Of a stretch of DNA of 64,000 nt, positions 11,201-21,297 are shown piece after piece (the first letter of the stretch is position 1; every line of letters begins with the position of its first letter). Made by a program: the position numbers and the translations under genes. Source of the DNA: Setoptus koraiensis (Eukaryota; Animalia; Arthropoda); assembly GCA_048013815.1 (NCBI GenBank), contig CM106585.1, positions 13,392,001 through 13,456,000 of the forward strand, given 5' to 3'. The notes beneath the pieces were generated by a model. The model was not told the DNA's origin. It searched no databases and worked only from the letters and a program-made list of their open reading frames with translations.

Positions 11201-12684
11201 CGCCACGTCAACGGTCGATACATGGGCATGAGGCGTGCATAGAGGGCGCCCAGGGCGCAGGCACTGCTCACCAAAAAAATGGCCACTATGAGACTCTGAA
11301 ATTGTATCATTTTATTTGCGCCCTTTTCCTTCTTCTTATTTTTGGCCTCATCTCTTTGGTCTTGCTGTTTGTTATCACTGCTAGTAATCACTTGTTGCTG
11401 CTTTGTTGCTGCACAATCTGTTTGACTTTGTGGTTGTTGTTGCTTCAACGCCATTTCGCCATTGTCTCGGTGCTCCGTTTCCGCTGCCGACGACCAATTT
11501 CTGCCCCCCTCTATGGCCGAATCTGCACGAGCAGACGACAATTGATTCACGTATATAGGAGACGATTTCTGCTGCTTGCTGAGACTTCCGGTCAGATCAC
11601 TGTCATTGTTGACACGTAGCGAACAACTGCTGCCCAAATGGGACGAGTATTGATGCAGAGGGCGCCTCATCATTGCGGCTCTCGTTTGGGCCGCGGAGGC
11701 ACTGAGATTTTTGCGAATTTTTATCGTCTTCAGCGCAGACTGAAACGACATTGAGGTGAGCGTAAACATTTGCATCAACTTTGTTGTTATCAACGAAAAC
11801 AATATAATGTTGCATGTAAATAAATTACGTGGTTTAATTAAGCTAATTATGGCAAAACTGAACGAGCCCAATGAGTTTATGATCTCCTCAATGTTCATCA
11901 CAATCAAATACAAATCTAATGTTGGCCAATGGCGCTTAGTAGTAGTTGCGTCATTCGTTTTCAATTTAGAGCCACAATGCAGTGCAGCGTTGTGCTCGTT
12001 GGTTTTTTTCGTCGCCGACTTGTTGTTGTTAGATTCGCAAACAGCGGCGGCTTGATGGGGCCCGTGATTGGGATTGATTTGGCTGGCCGTTGTTGTTTGT
12101 TGGCTTGTATCACTGGCACAAGTTGTTGTTGTTGGCTGCTGATTTGAATCACTTATTCGGCCCCTTCTTCTTTTGTTTCTTTGCACTTGTTTCGCGCCAT
12201 CAATCGCATTATCACCCGTTGACTCGTCGTTCTCTTTCGACGCTTCTTCGTCCTCTTCATCTTCGTCCGCATCTTGATCGTCATAGTGGTCTCGCTGCTG
12301 CTGTTGTTGCTTGTCTAGCGATAAATTATTATTGCTATTTGTTGCAGTTAAGGCTGTTGCAATTGTTGTTGCTGTTGTTGACACGTATTGTTGCGACGAC
12401 GACGAAGACGACGACGAATTTGCTATGGCACCCGTTGCCAGCAATGACGACGAGGCCGACGATCTTGTGAATGTCGACAACACCGGCGAACACAAGGTCG
12501 AGGAGCTTGAGCTACCACTAATTGATGCTTTTCTATGAGAGGCATTCTTTATTATCACTATGAACCAAATAGATATTGATATAATACACGGCGCCACTAG
12601 CAGTATAGCAAAATAGGAATAGGGTAATATGTCGCTTTGAATTATATTCAATTGATGTTCATCTAAATTGTTAAACCAGAACAT
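8275..12684 (-). CDS. Orphan class-A-like GPCR, main exon encoding TM1-TM6 (weak resemblance to GPR153/GPR162-type orphans); 3' exon(s) unresolved
   Basis: 1469-aa ORF with six hydrophobic segments in 7TM order: TM1 ILPYSYFAILLVAPCIISISIWFIVII; TM2 WPTLDLYLIVMNIEEIINSLGSFSFAIISLI; TM3 with leading Cys FTCNIILFSLITTKLMQMFTLTSMSF; TM4 SLIVAIFLVSSACALGALY; ECL2 Cys (YYCNL, about aa 840) then TM5 LFALILYGSLAVITLICLIMI; TM6 TVSGTVLFCYLLNHGP. The ORF ends ATG|GTGAGT (donor at 8292), so the real exon probably ends at 8293. An acceptor AG sits 2 nt before the ATG. Family assignment is from memory of motifs, not a search. Confidence 0.72.
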   Translation of the reverse strand: MFWFNNLDEHQLNIIQSDILPYSYFAILLVAPCIISISIWFIVIIKNASHRKASISGSSSSSTLCSPVLSTFTRSSASSSLLATGAIANSSSSSSSSQQYVSTTATTIATALTATNSNNNLSLDKQQQQQRDHYDDQDADEDEEDEEASKENDESTGDNAIDGAKQVQRNKRRRGRISDSNQQPTTTTCASDTSQQTTTASQINPNHGPHQAAAVCESNNNKSATKKTNEHNAALHCGSKLKTNDATTTKRHWPTLDLYLIVMNIEEIINSLGSFSFAIISLIKPRNLFTCNIILFSLITTKLMQMFTLTSMSFQSALKTIKIRKNLSASAAQTRAAMMRRPLHQYSSHLGSSCSLRVNNDSDLTGSLSKQQKSSPIYVNQLSSARADSAIEGGRNWSSAAETEHRDNGEMALKQQQPQSQTDCAATKQQQVITSSDNKQQDQRDEAKNKKKEKGANKMIQFQSLIVAIFLVSSACALGALYARLMPMYRPLTWRPSQPPTVTSASSQLSSGASKPFLANRNSGDLSAAALELDSPHEMGRWRRSTRVSGPSEHLSRIEAQPLINQSLIVQSSDQIANNNNNNKPTIGRHNWTQQKNARQLWSSLMGTTTLDNNHDNNNRTLHDTMTGDSDTVITVTTLNPLHAAIAPNQHLMSNSNNKNNNNNRQQQQQQVGMGLFGTSATLPTLIMIDNNNNAPSASSDGSAGPLPANPSSTTTNNNNNIDAIDQFVTTSQSTGSTRIASSTTTTAAADEQQQQQQQTTAATGNGSGEQVSLFGKIFIEFKQLIGLAANTNKLTTQNASRAANNNATNGQQRKQQQSDTQLFLSSLLSFKTHTSVYYCNLNTTWWLYQFKLFALILYGSLAVITLICLIMIECNSVIIKRKTSGYLHDHVGQLSLSHRQLSDILGLPTFGRPLLKYPVAGATSAANYPSRYNNKTKRTSCTGAMAPSPSASTNSKSSSSLVSSTTIEADVPAGKYNKKKANCGPHETGSSAKLISAASKEQFRRQRHQQSAQQLPRSKYNQKCLSNLRRSGALSADLIRPGSHERANSKQQLLQNCTSCSQTDLLQHTSERPASFDKKSTKTKLSLHRQSYHRDEDDDDIHDFLLISKRPAPALFRHLATSQQQLGASSSQQKSQQGASTGEQVSKQMSKHLTAASNKQGTDELHDQLLSSTLCSSTIESLDMLAGAGTGASSAAKQRGPTSSDKKLDDDSDCQCGATWSPASTMSNCCNYCGRLAPAIIAGKTADSSKKKKKRSQVLKLKKDKKKLKNCCSSSSVKSQQILSGFSDNAAATGANKEKNCAKQATDQHINGHLLKFATGNTTGGRLTWLPLSNAATVASLNHIGFVNPINEHQYHHTDTASQQHCQDATGKAADGQPRHIATMGDIAHISGNNNNNNNSNNNNRSASSLFATTSLHNIHQDNSLYLEEMAGKHEAWQEFCLRQRTVSGTVLFCYLLNHGPTMVSRPQ

Positions 12685-13421
12685 AGCTGCTTAATTTAAT
12701 CATGTGCTGCATGGGTATTGTTGTCACGTATACACTAGATGCGGTATAAGATGATAATGATGCATTCAAGTTGATAGATACACTTGTTGTTATCATTTTA
12801 TTTGCGATGAGCAAGTTAGTTTGAATAGTTTTTTGCACTGCAATATCAACGACTTTATCACATTGTTATTCATTATCAGTGACTCATTTTTTTCGAAATT
12901 ATTATTTATTTATTTTCATCTTGTCATGCACACGAGGCCCGTTGAGCTGGCCATTATCTTCGCCGTTATTTGGCTCTACAGCAGCACAATTAGACGAATG
13001 CAAACAACTTGAGTAGTAGTGGAGCCGTAGTGGCCTAAACGATTGCGATGGGACCCCATGGTTTGTTGTGTGTCACACTTTGCAAAAGATGCTTGCTGTA
13101 TTGTAGAAATTTTCTTGTATGGCTGACACTGGCGCTGTTGCGGCTTCATCTTTGAGATAACCCAACGACGACAATCAAGACGATATTGCCAGTTAGAGAT
13201 TTCTTTCTAATTCTTTTCTAATATCTTCTTTTATTTTATTTATTTTCTTTTCTTCTAATTAATCAACGACGAACATGAACTTGTGCGCGTACGCTCTCTA
13301 AGACGCGACTTGGCTGAAATTCTTTTTCGACTCGGTTCCGTTGACTGGCCGAGTAGTTGCGCAACGAACGACGACCAAATGCCGACTGGCACCATTCACC
13401 ATTCGCGCTTGCAACTTGTAC

Positions 13422-13486
13422 CTGGCGTTACCGTTGCCGTTGCTGTTGCTATTGTTGTTCGAGCTGCCTCTCTGTTGCTGTCTGTT
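13422..13486 (-). other. Putative non-coding 5'UTR exon of the GPCR; an upstream exon ends at 13667
   Basis: Minus strand reads ttcttactttag|AACAG...CGCCAG|gtacaa. A second donor, cgtag|gtgagt, lies at 13666. The acceptor taagcag| precedes the ATG at 12684. Based on splice-site pattern only. Confidence 0.4.
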
Positions 13487-14646
13487 CTAAAGTAAGAAAC
13501 AACTTGTTTCGTACACACCGCTCTTACAAGTATTGTAGTGCCGATAAGCCTACAACAACCATGCCGAGCCAGCAAACATTTCCAGCACAGACCAGGTGGC
13601 AGGGGCAGGCCTTTCCAAGTTCTGAGTTTTATACGCCATCTTGATGATACTATTCAAAGTACTCACCTACGATCGAACGATTCCAAATTCGAACTTCAAA
13701 TGTAAGGCACTTTCGAACCTACACATTGGCGCCCTCTACTATTTCACTATTAAGTTAATCATAAGTTAATCCGAAATCGTCAGTTATCCTCACCGGAAAT
13801 CCAGTCCGAGCATTGAAAAAAATTGTGGTACAGTGGGCGAATTCTTCCGTTTTTCGTTTATGGTTTCGCGACATCACTACACTGGACAGTTTAGAAACGA
13901 AGCACATCTTGTAATAGATAACTAGATATGAATCCGGGATTTCCACTCAGCATTCTGAGGTGAGCTTCCAACTCCCGAAATGAAAACTTCGCTTTCTGGA
14001 CCTTTTTTCTATAGCGAAAAAAAAAGTTATCGACTATCAAAAAAAAAAAAAATCGATCGTTTTCCATAGTATTTGGGCCCTGAATTCCCTCGAAATGAGC
14101 CCAGTTCAGAAATCACCAAATCGTCCGAATCAATTAACTGCCCAATAGTGATAGGTGATTCAGAGCATAGAGTATTCAGTGTACAATACAGTGTAACTTT
14201 TGGCTGCCAAAATGTCGTCGACAGCAAACATCCTCTGCTAATTACAATACCGCACATACATGTCCATAATGGACGAACAATGACAGAAGTCACCATTATA
14301 AATCACATGACCAGCCTGCCGAATGACAAACTAATAACGAAATGATGTGAATGGCCTCTGGATCAACAAGATTAATCATAATCTCATCTGATTGCTCGTC
14401 CCTGCTTATTACCAGTGAGTGGCAGTTTATGTATGATCGTTGATCAATAAACGCAACCTAAATGTGACAGCACTGTTGGACGCTAATCCGACTGTTTGGA
14501 TGGTTGCCTAGTCGGCCGTAAACAATTGTGCAGTAGGAGTAATAAATAGCGCATGTCAATTAATTGCCAACTTGCAAGTCCAGAAAAAGTTGCACCAATG
14601 GGATATTTGAACTACGATTTTTTTTTTCTAATATCCAAAAGTAACT

Positions 14647-16269
14647 ATGGCTACTCGGTCATCTGATGAGAAACTTGCGACATCCGATTTAACAATTGAC
14701 AAATTTAAAGACACAAACAATAATAATTCGGCCGATATCAATAAATTTATTACGATGGAATTGCCGAAAAATGATGGTGCTGGTCTTGACATTATCAAAG
14801 GAGGTGCGATCGAAGATCGTTCGTCCACAATCAGATCATCTCGGGATTTTGACACTATCAGACAACATGATGCAGATGAAAGAAGCGAGCATCACCGAAC
14901 TGCCGACGAACCGACAAAGCAGAATAACAAGAAAGATGAAAATAACGACGTGATTCTACTGAGTTGCAGCAACTTGCAAGATAGAGCAGTCCATCAAGAA
15001 AATGGTATCAGTTGCCGGGATAACGCCGATGATGCTGCCAACGGTGAAAGTAACGACGGTAGCCTCCTGATGGAGCTAGCGAAGAAATGTCCCTTGCTCG
15101 GTATATTTATGGCATTGGCCGGATCAGCATTGTCAAATATGGCCTCAACTAGCATGAAACTGCAGCACGAATTACATGGACTGGAGTTTACATTTTATCG
15201 TTGCGTATTGGAATTGTTTGTTATAGTTGCATTTATAATTGTCAAATATAGATTGTATAGAATTCGAACGGAACTCACTTGGCCCAATGTGGTGGACAAG
15301 TTTTTCCCGGACAACGGCGAACGCAAAATGTTCATGTGCCGAAGTCTGATAAACTCTGTCGGAGTGGCCGCCTATTTTCATGCCCTTGTATTGGTACCAC
15401 TACCTGATTATACCTCGCTGCGGTTTACGCAAACTATTTGGGCCCTTATTTTGGCTCGCCTCTTCCAAAATGAGCCATGCACTGGAAACAAACTTCTAGC
15501 ACTTCTATTGTCAATGGGTGGCGTAGTTGCAATAGCTCGACCCGATGACACATATCGGTTTTTCGATTGGCTGGGCCAGAATTTGTTTTTTGTATCAGCA
15601 GCACAGGCCGGAAGCGCCACAAATACAACATCACAGGCCACAATCGAATTAGATCAATTATCCAATTGGACCGAGTCAGACCATGGGCTGCCATGGCAGC
15701 AGCGCCAGGAGGCGCCAGCCAGCGGATTGGAGAGTTTGATTTATTCCAGATTATTTGGTGTTGTGTGCATACTGTTTGGATCGCTTTGTTATTCGAGCGC
15801 TCTGTGTATAACAAAATCATGCAAATTAACGCCGACGTCAGTATTTATATTCTGGTTTTCATTGTTCTTGCTGATTTTAACCTGCGCTCTGGCAAGCTCG
15901 ACCACAACAACACCAGACGGCACCCCGGTGCTTGTGAAGTTGTTAGAGGTGATGGATATTTGGATTGTATCATTGATTGCGATGAATGTTGCATTCACTC
16001 TACTCTCTCAAGCTTTGGTTATAATGTGCACGAAAATAGAGGATGTTGGCGTGATGACTTTAGTGAGAACGTTTGACATAGCGGGCGCGTTCTTGATAAA
16101 TTCATTGATATTGCACGACGATATTGCCTTGACCAGCGTTCTTGGTTCACTGCTAATTGGTGCAAGTGTCATCATAGTTATCATAGACAAAATGGTTGCG
16201 GCCAGAAAAACAACCTATATGTCACTAATAGGAAATTGTTTCGGTTGCATCAAGGATAAATTTAATTAG
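14647..16269 (+). CDS. SLC35G1: SLC35G1-like EamA/DMT-superfamily transporter, copy 1 (540 aa, intronless)
   Basis: About 10 TM segments in two EamA repeats. Motifs LEFTFYR, PLPDYTSLRFTQTIWALILARLFQNE, GVVAIARP and EDVGVMTLVRTFDIAGAF...SVLGSLLI match the SLC35G/TMEM20 pattern. Long hydrophilic N-terminus. Confidence 0.82.
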   Translation: MATRSSDEKLATSDLTIDKFKDTNNNNSADINKFITMELPKNDGAGLDIIKGGAIEDRSSTIRSSRDFDTIRQHDADERSEHHRTADEPTKQNNKKDENNDVILLSCSNLQDRAVHQENGISCRDNADDAANGESNDGSLLMELAKKCPLLGIFMALAGSALSNMASTSMKLQHELHGLEFTFYRCVLELFVIVAFIIVKYRLYRIRTELTWPNVVDKFFPDNGERKMFMCRSLINSVGVAAYFHALVLVPLPDYTSLRFTQTIWALILARLFQNEPCTGNKLLALLLSMGGVVAIARPDDTYRFFDWLGQNLFFVSAAQAGSATNTTSQATIELDQLSNWTESDHGLPWQQRQEAPASGLESLIYSRLFGVVCILFGSLCYSSALCITKSCKLTPTSVFIFWFSLFLLILTCALASSTTTTPDGTPVLVKLLEVMDIWIVSLIAMNVAFTLLSQALVIMCTKIEDVGVMTLVRTFDIAGAFLINSLILHDDIALTSVLGSLLIGASVIIVIIDKMVAARKTTYMSLIGNCFGCIKDKFN

Positions 16270-17571
16270 ACCGACTGACATAGAATCCGACCGATTCTAA
16301 ACCATTGGCCTGAACACGAATCGGATACGATTCATTTGTTGATTGCATCGAGAAGTCTCTGCCACAAATAAATCTGTCAACAACGGCCATTAAGCGATCA
16401 GTCGCGAAGTGGAATATCGCCATCTCTCGTGCCTGTAAATGAGTGAGGCCAACAGAGTCAGTTATCCTCCGATCTATTCCTAGCCAGGTGAAAACTCTGA
16501 AAATTCGTATGTGAACAAGTCATACATCAACGAGTCGTTTGAGAGACATTTTTTTTCACCGAACTACCCAATCCAGAGGTTTTTTCTCCTTTCTACCGTA
16601 ATTTAATCTCCTCGAAAATATGATGGATTCGAAAGATTTTTCGCAATGGAAAAAAGAGATTTTCAGCAACAGATGGTGTTGTTAGATTTCGAAACACTTG
16701 CAGTGTAAATTATGATGCCAGACAGTTTAACTTTGGAGTGAATGCTGGCCGGTTGTTAACTGTGAGCTTAATTTAGTCAACTGAACACTAAATTTCATAA
16801 TCGTATCTACCGAATTTCCACTTATCTGCCGAAATAGGCCAGGTTCTCAAATGATTTCTACCGATTAATCGCGAGAATAACCACTGATTCTGTTTGCCCT
16901 GCAAATAAGTGCAATTTGGATAGCATATCACAATGTCAGATTATGACAGTAAAGCGGCATAAAATAGAATTTATTCCCGAAAAAGATCACAGGGCTAAAT
17001 AACAATAGTGTTAACGATGTAACGTGACTGAAACTCGCTGATCGCAATTAATAACTTTAGTGAACATGATAGTGTTTGCAAAATTATTTCAATAATAGTA
17101 TCTTCCTCTAACCACCCACAAATCACGCAAAACAAAAAGAGATTGTTGTGGAAAGCTGTCTAGTAGACAATTTCAATTAATCCATGCAGTAAAAGGTCGC
17201 ACTTGAGAAGGCACTATATCTGGCTTATATCGTTAATTGTATTATAACGCCAATTCGTGTTATGCGCAACTCTGTTATGCAATAACGGATGAATGCCTCG
17301 GATAATCTGGTGTTGTATAATGAACAAAACAGCTCGAATCACATACACATCCGATTTCTCGATCCTCTTATGAAGTTTTCTCGCGGTTTAATATTTATTT
17401 CACCCATGCGTTGCATGAGTGTCCCAATAAAAGCCGATTTTACTCGGTTTAAGTGACTATTGAACAGCTTCGAGCTAAAAGTATGACTCATTTTCATGCT
17501 ATTGCAGGCATTTATCTGTAAATACAAATAATTGATATCCGAAGCGAGAGTGCACAAAAGATTTGATCATC

Positions 17572-19293
17572 ATGGCATCCTCTTCGAAGAATCCCGTCAG
17601 ATCGTGTTCAGTTGACAACGCTAACGGTGGCAGTTTCGGCGCTGACAATTATGCCGCCTCCAGAGACAGTATCAAACGGAAGTTGTGCAAAATAATATCA
17701 AACAATTCAACATTGACCAGACAAAAGAACAGCTACAATTTCACCGACAGCTCGTCGTCGGCTACACAAGTCGGCGCTACAGCCAATAATTTCAACACAA
17801 TGCCAGCCAACAGTAACTACACGAAAACACGCTCTGAATTGTCGAAACCAAAATTCGTTCCTCCGCCGCAAGTTCCCAATTCGACATCGTTCATCAACAT
17901 AAGTCCGAATTGTTGCGTTGAAACGCCGACAGGAAGTAGCAACACAGCAAACACAAACAACGCGACTGATACGGTCCCCATTCGTCATCAAGGTCGCTTG
18001 GAGAAATATCCAACATGCGATTTGGATAATCGTCAGTCTGTGACGCAATCTCAGATGTCTACTACGCCTGGAAAACGCGTCTCTGGAGCGCAAAATAAAA
18101 ACAACGACATCGGTAACAAGAGCAATCAAGGTAATATTTTTGAGAGATTAGGCAAGGCCTGTCCGTTCATTGGCATTGTGCTCACCATCATGGCCTCAAT
18201 GTCATCTGTAATGGGCTCACTCACAATCAAGTTGCAAGACTCGCTCCGAGGGCTGGAGTTCACATTTTACCGGTGCCAATTCGTGTTTTTGTACATGTTT
18301 GTGGTGATTTGTATAAGTGGAAAACTCTATAAAAAGAAAAATCTCACCTGGTCGACAATAGTGGAAAGTTTCGCACCTAACAATGGCGAAAGAAAACGGT
18401 ACATTCTGAGGAGTCTAGTCTACGCCATGGGCATCGGCTCCTATTATCATGCCGTAGTGATAGTTCCCTTACCTGACTACACAACATTGCGCTTCACTCA
18501 GGCCATGTGGACACTTATCATAGCTCGCATTTTCCTCGGTGAACTCTGCACCGGAAATAAGATAATAGCGCTGATATTGTCCATGCTAGGGGTAGTTTTT
18601 ATTACGAGACCGGAAGATATGTTGAGATTAATGGGCCTGTATAATCAGACAGAAGAATTTAGCTCGCCAATCATGGGCAATGGCACCGTCAGCAATGCCA
18701 CTTCAATCAGCGGACACCATAACTCGGTGGATCAAATAATCAATGACGAGGACACAAATACCGACATGGGCACCGGTGCGTTAGTTGCTGAATTCATGGA
18801 GTCGAGACTGTTTGGTGATATCAGTGTTCTGTTTGGAGCGTTGTGTACCTCTACGAGCTGGGTACTGACCAAATCGTGCAAATCAACGCCAACCTCGGTG
18901 CTGATGTTCTGGTTTTCAGTGTTCCTCGGTGGCTTGTCGTGCCTATTAGTAAGCTCCACGAGCTCTATTAGATTCCCTGACACTTGGTGGGTGGGATTCA
19001 TGATCTTGTGTAATGTTTTAGCCACCATGTTAGCCCAATCGCTAGTGATATGGGCATTAAAATTTGAAGATTCTGGCGTGGTCACCCTATTGAGGACTTT
19101 CGATATAGCATTGGCATTTCTGGTCAACATTTTGGTCCTTCATGAGGACATAACACTCACCAGTATTATGGGATCTCTGCTGATAGGCGGCAGTGTTATA
19201 TTGATAATGCTGGAGAAGATGATGGCCAGAAAGGCGACATCCGACAAGACATCGGCTAAGAATGGTTGCTTTCTTTTTTCTATCTGTAACTGA
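17572..19293 (+). CDS. SLC35G1: SLC35G1-like EamA transporter, copy 2 (573 aa from ATG 17572)
   Basis: Same motifs as copy 1 (LEFTFYR, PLPDYTTLRFTQAMW, VFITRP, EDSGVVTLLRTFDIALAF). The ORF track starts at TTG 17563; the first ATG is at 17572. Confidence 0.82.
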   Translation: MASSSKNPVRSCSVDNANGGSFGADNYAASRDSIKRKLCKIISNNSTLTRQKNSYNFTDSSSSATQVGATANNFNTMPANSNYTKTRSELSKPKFVPPPQVPNSTSFINISPNCCVETPTGSSNTANTNNATDTVPIRHQGRLEKYPTCDLDNRQSVTQSQMSTTPGKRVSGAQNKNNDIGNKSNQGNIFERLGKACPFIGIVLTIMASMSSVMGSLTIKLQDSLRGLEFTFYRCQFVFLYMFVVICISGKLYKKKNLTWSTIVESFAPNNGERKRYILRSLVYAMGIGSYYHAVVIVPLPDYTTLRFTQAMWTLIIARIFLGELCTGNKIIALILSMLGVVFITRPEDMLRLMGLYNQTEEFSSPIMGNGTVSNATSISGHHNSVDQIINDEDTNTDMGTGALVAEFMESRLFGDISVLFGALCTSTSWVLTKSCKSTPTSVLMFWFSVFLGGLSCLLVSSTSSIRFPDTWWVGFMILCNVLATMLAQSLVIWALKFEDSGVVTLLRTFDIALAFLVNILVLHEDITLTSIMGSLLIGGSVILIMLEKMMARKATSDKTSAKNGCFLFSICN

Positions 19294-19562
19294 CGGTGTT
19301 TGGTTAATGACTCAGAATGACGCTTGTGAATATTTCTTTGTTGAGGCAACAAGCTACCTGCGCCATGATTGATACTTTGCAGCATTGGGACGAATAAAAT
19401 CCAATATCATGCCGATTATGTCGTCAGCTTAAAACAGAAAAGAAGGAACGTTTTTACCTCTTTTTGTTTGTTATCTCTTCTCATAACACTTTGACGTGGG
19501 ATTCGTCTATTTCAACAATATCTCACTATGCTGTTGTTGCAAGATTCCACCTCCAATAGCGT

Positions 19563-20652
19563 GTCTCGGTCTGCGGTGAAAAAATGTCCATTTATGGTCT
19601 TTCTAGCTGCCGCTTCCAGACCAGTAGCATTTTCTCCGGTAAGCCCTGTGAATATAGCCGTACCAGTGACTTGAATCGATCATCCATCGAATGAATTTTC
19701 TCTTTATTGTATAGAAAAACTGTCGCAAATCTCAACTGACTACCTAACATGGAACCATGAGCATATTCATCGACCAATTTACAAACTTTCCTTGTCTCGA
19801 CAGAACCATTTATTGCCTTTTTATGTGTTCACTGTTAGATCAATGAATGAATTTTGTTCAGTCTTGGAATCATTAGGTTAGGGCAAATCGGTCACTAAAT
19901 TCCACCAAAATCGGTTCTGAGTCCATCAAGAAAGCACCAAAAAAAGATCGATTTTTCCTGAAAAATGGAGCTGCGCCAGTTAAAATCTATATGCGCTTCT
20001 TATTTGTTGGAGAGAATCAATGTTCACAATTGTACTTACCTCTACGACAAGCTATCATCCATCTGCTATGAGATGGCACAAGGTACAAGGCAGTTCATAT
20101 TGAAAAATTTTTATGACATATCGGGTGTTAGTCTGGCGGTACTAAGCTACCAAGAATTGTGTGAGTTTCTCGAGGACAAACAATTCCCCGGTGGACCCCA
20201 GATGAAATTATTAAATATTTTAAAGGATTGGCTCACCCACCAAAAAGACAGATCGGTCATCTGCCGGTTGATGGGGTACGAGACCAAGGAAGGCAGGCGA
20301 TCGTCTTTCGGACACCTACAGACGAAGACGATAAATATCATCGATCGGATTCTGCATGAATGCTGCATTTATCTCGAAAGAATCTCAGCCAAATTTTAAT
20401 GACACAATGATCTATATTAGAATGATAGATTTATTTTCATCTACTGGTCATTGTAACTTGGATCCTATTGATTATAATCATGAATCATCGCAACTAACCA
20501 AAGAAAAATGTGACAAATTGTGCCGTGATCTATTGCAAGATCTTGTAGACAAAGCATTACTCTATGAGAGGCTCAATTTCATCATATTGAAGATATTAAA
20601 AAGAATCTATGGCTCTTTCGCTGAGCATAGCATAAATGAATGCGCTCAATAA
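19563..20652 (+). pseudogene. Degenerate BTB-BACK (kelch-like family) gene remnant
   Basis: Frameshifted BTB start (VSVCGEK, then VFLAAAS in another frame, about 19563-19620) with in-frame stops after it. ORF 19965-20399 reads LRQLKSICASYLLERINVHNCTYLY...FILKNFYDI...LSYQELCEFL...LKDWLTH, typical of BTB end plus BACK. It continues in a shifted frame to 20652. Confidence 0.55.
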
Positions 20653-21297
20653 TTGGTTTTGATGAGAGGACCCTAGAGCGAGTTAAGTGGCTTGATTTTC
20701 GAATTGATTATTGCGGATATTACAAGTCCGAGGGGATTTTTCTGTACGAATGTTGATTGAAATGGTGGGGCGTTCACGTGAACATAGCTTGCTAGTTTCG
20801 CTCGAGCAAAACAATCGAGAACTTTTTCCAATGTGAGTCTCTCTGAGAGAAAGTTGGCGGAGAGCCGTTTAAAAGCGTAGTGTCAATTAATCCATGTTGT
20901 AAAAGGTCGCACTTGACAGGGTGCGATGCCAACAGCTGGCATATAATCTGGCTCATATTTTTAGAGATATATTAATGCGACATAGTGCCATGCAACATTG
21001 TTATGTAATAACGGATGAATGATAAGTTTGCATTATAGAGGCTCGACATCATGTCTATCTTTCTTGATCCTTTTATGGAGCTGTTCCACAATTTATTATC
21101 TGTATCGCCTAGTAGTTGCAGGTGTTTTCTAAAATACAAGTCAATCTTACTCGATTTGAGTTACAATTAACAGTTTTGTGCAAAAAGTCTGACTCATATT
21201 CATGTTGCTGCTGGCAGCAACATATCGGCAACTACAAATAATTTATATTTCAACAACAGCAGGTGAAGCACATAGAAAATTTGATTGAAAAATCATT

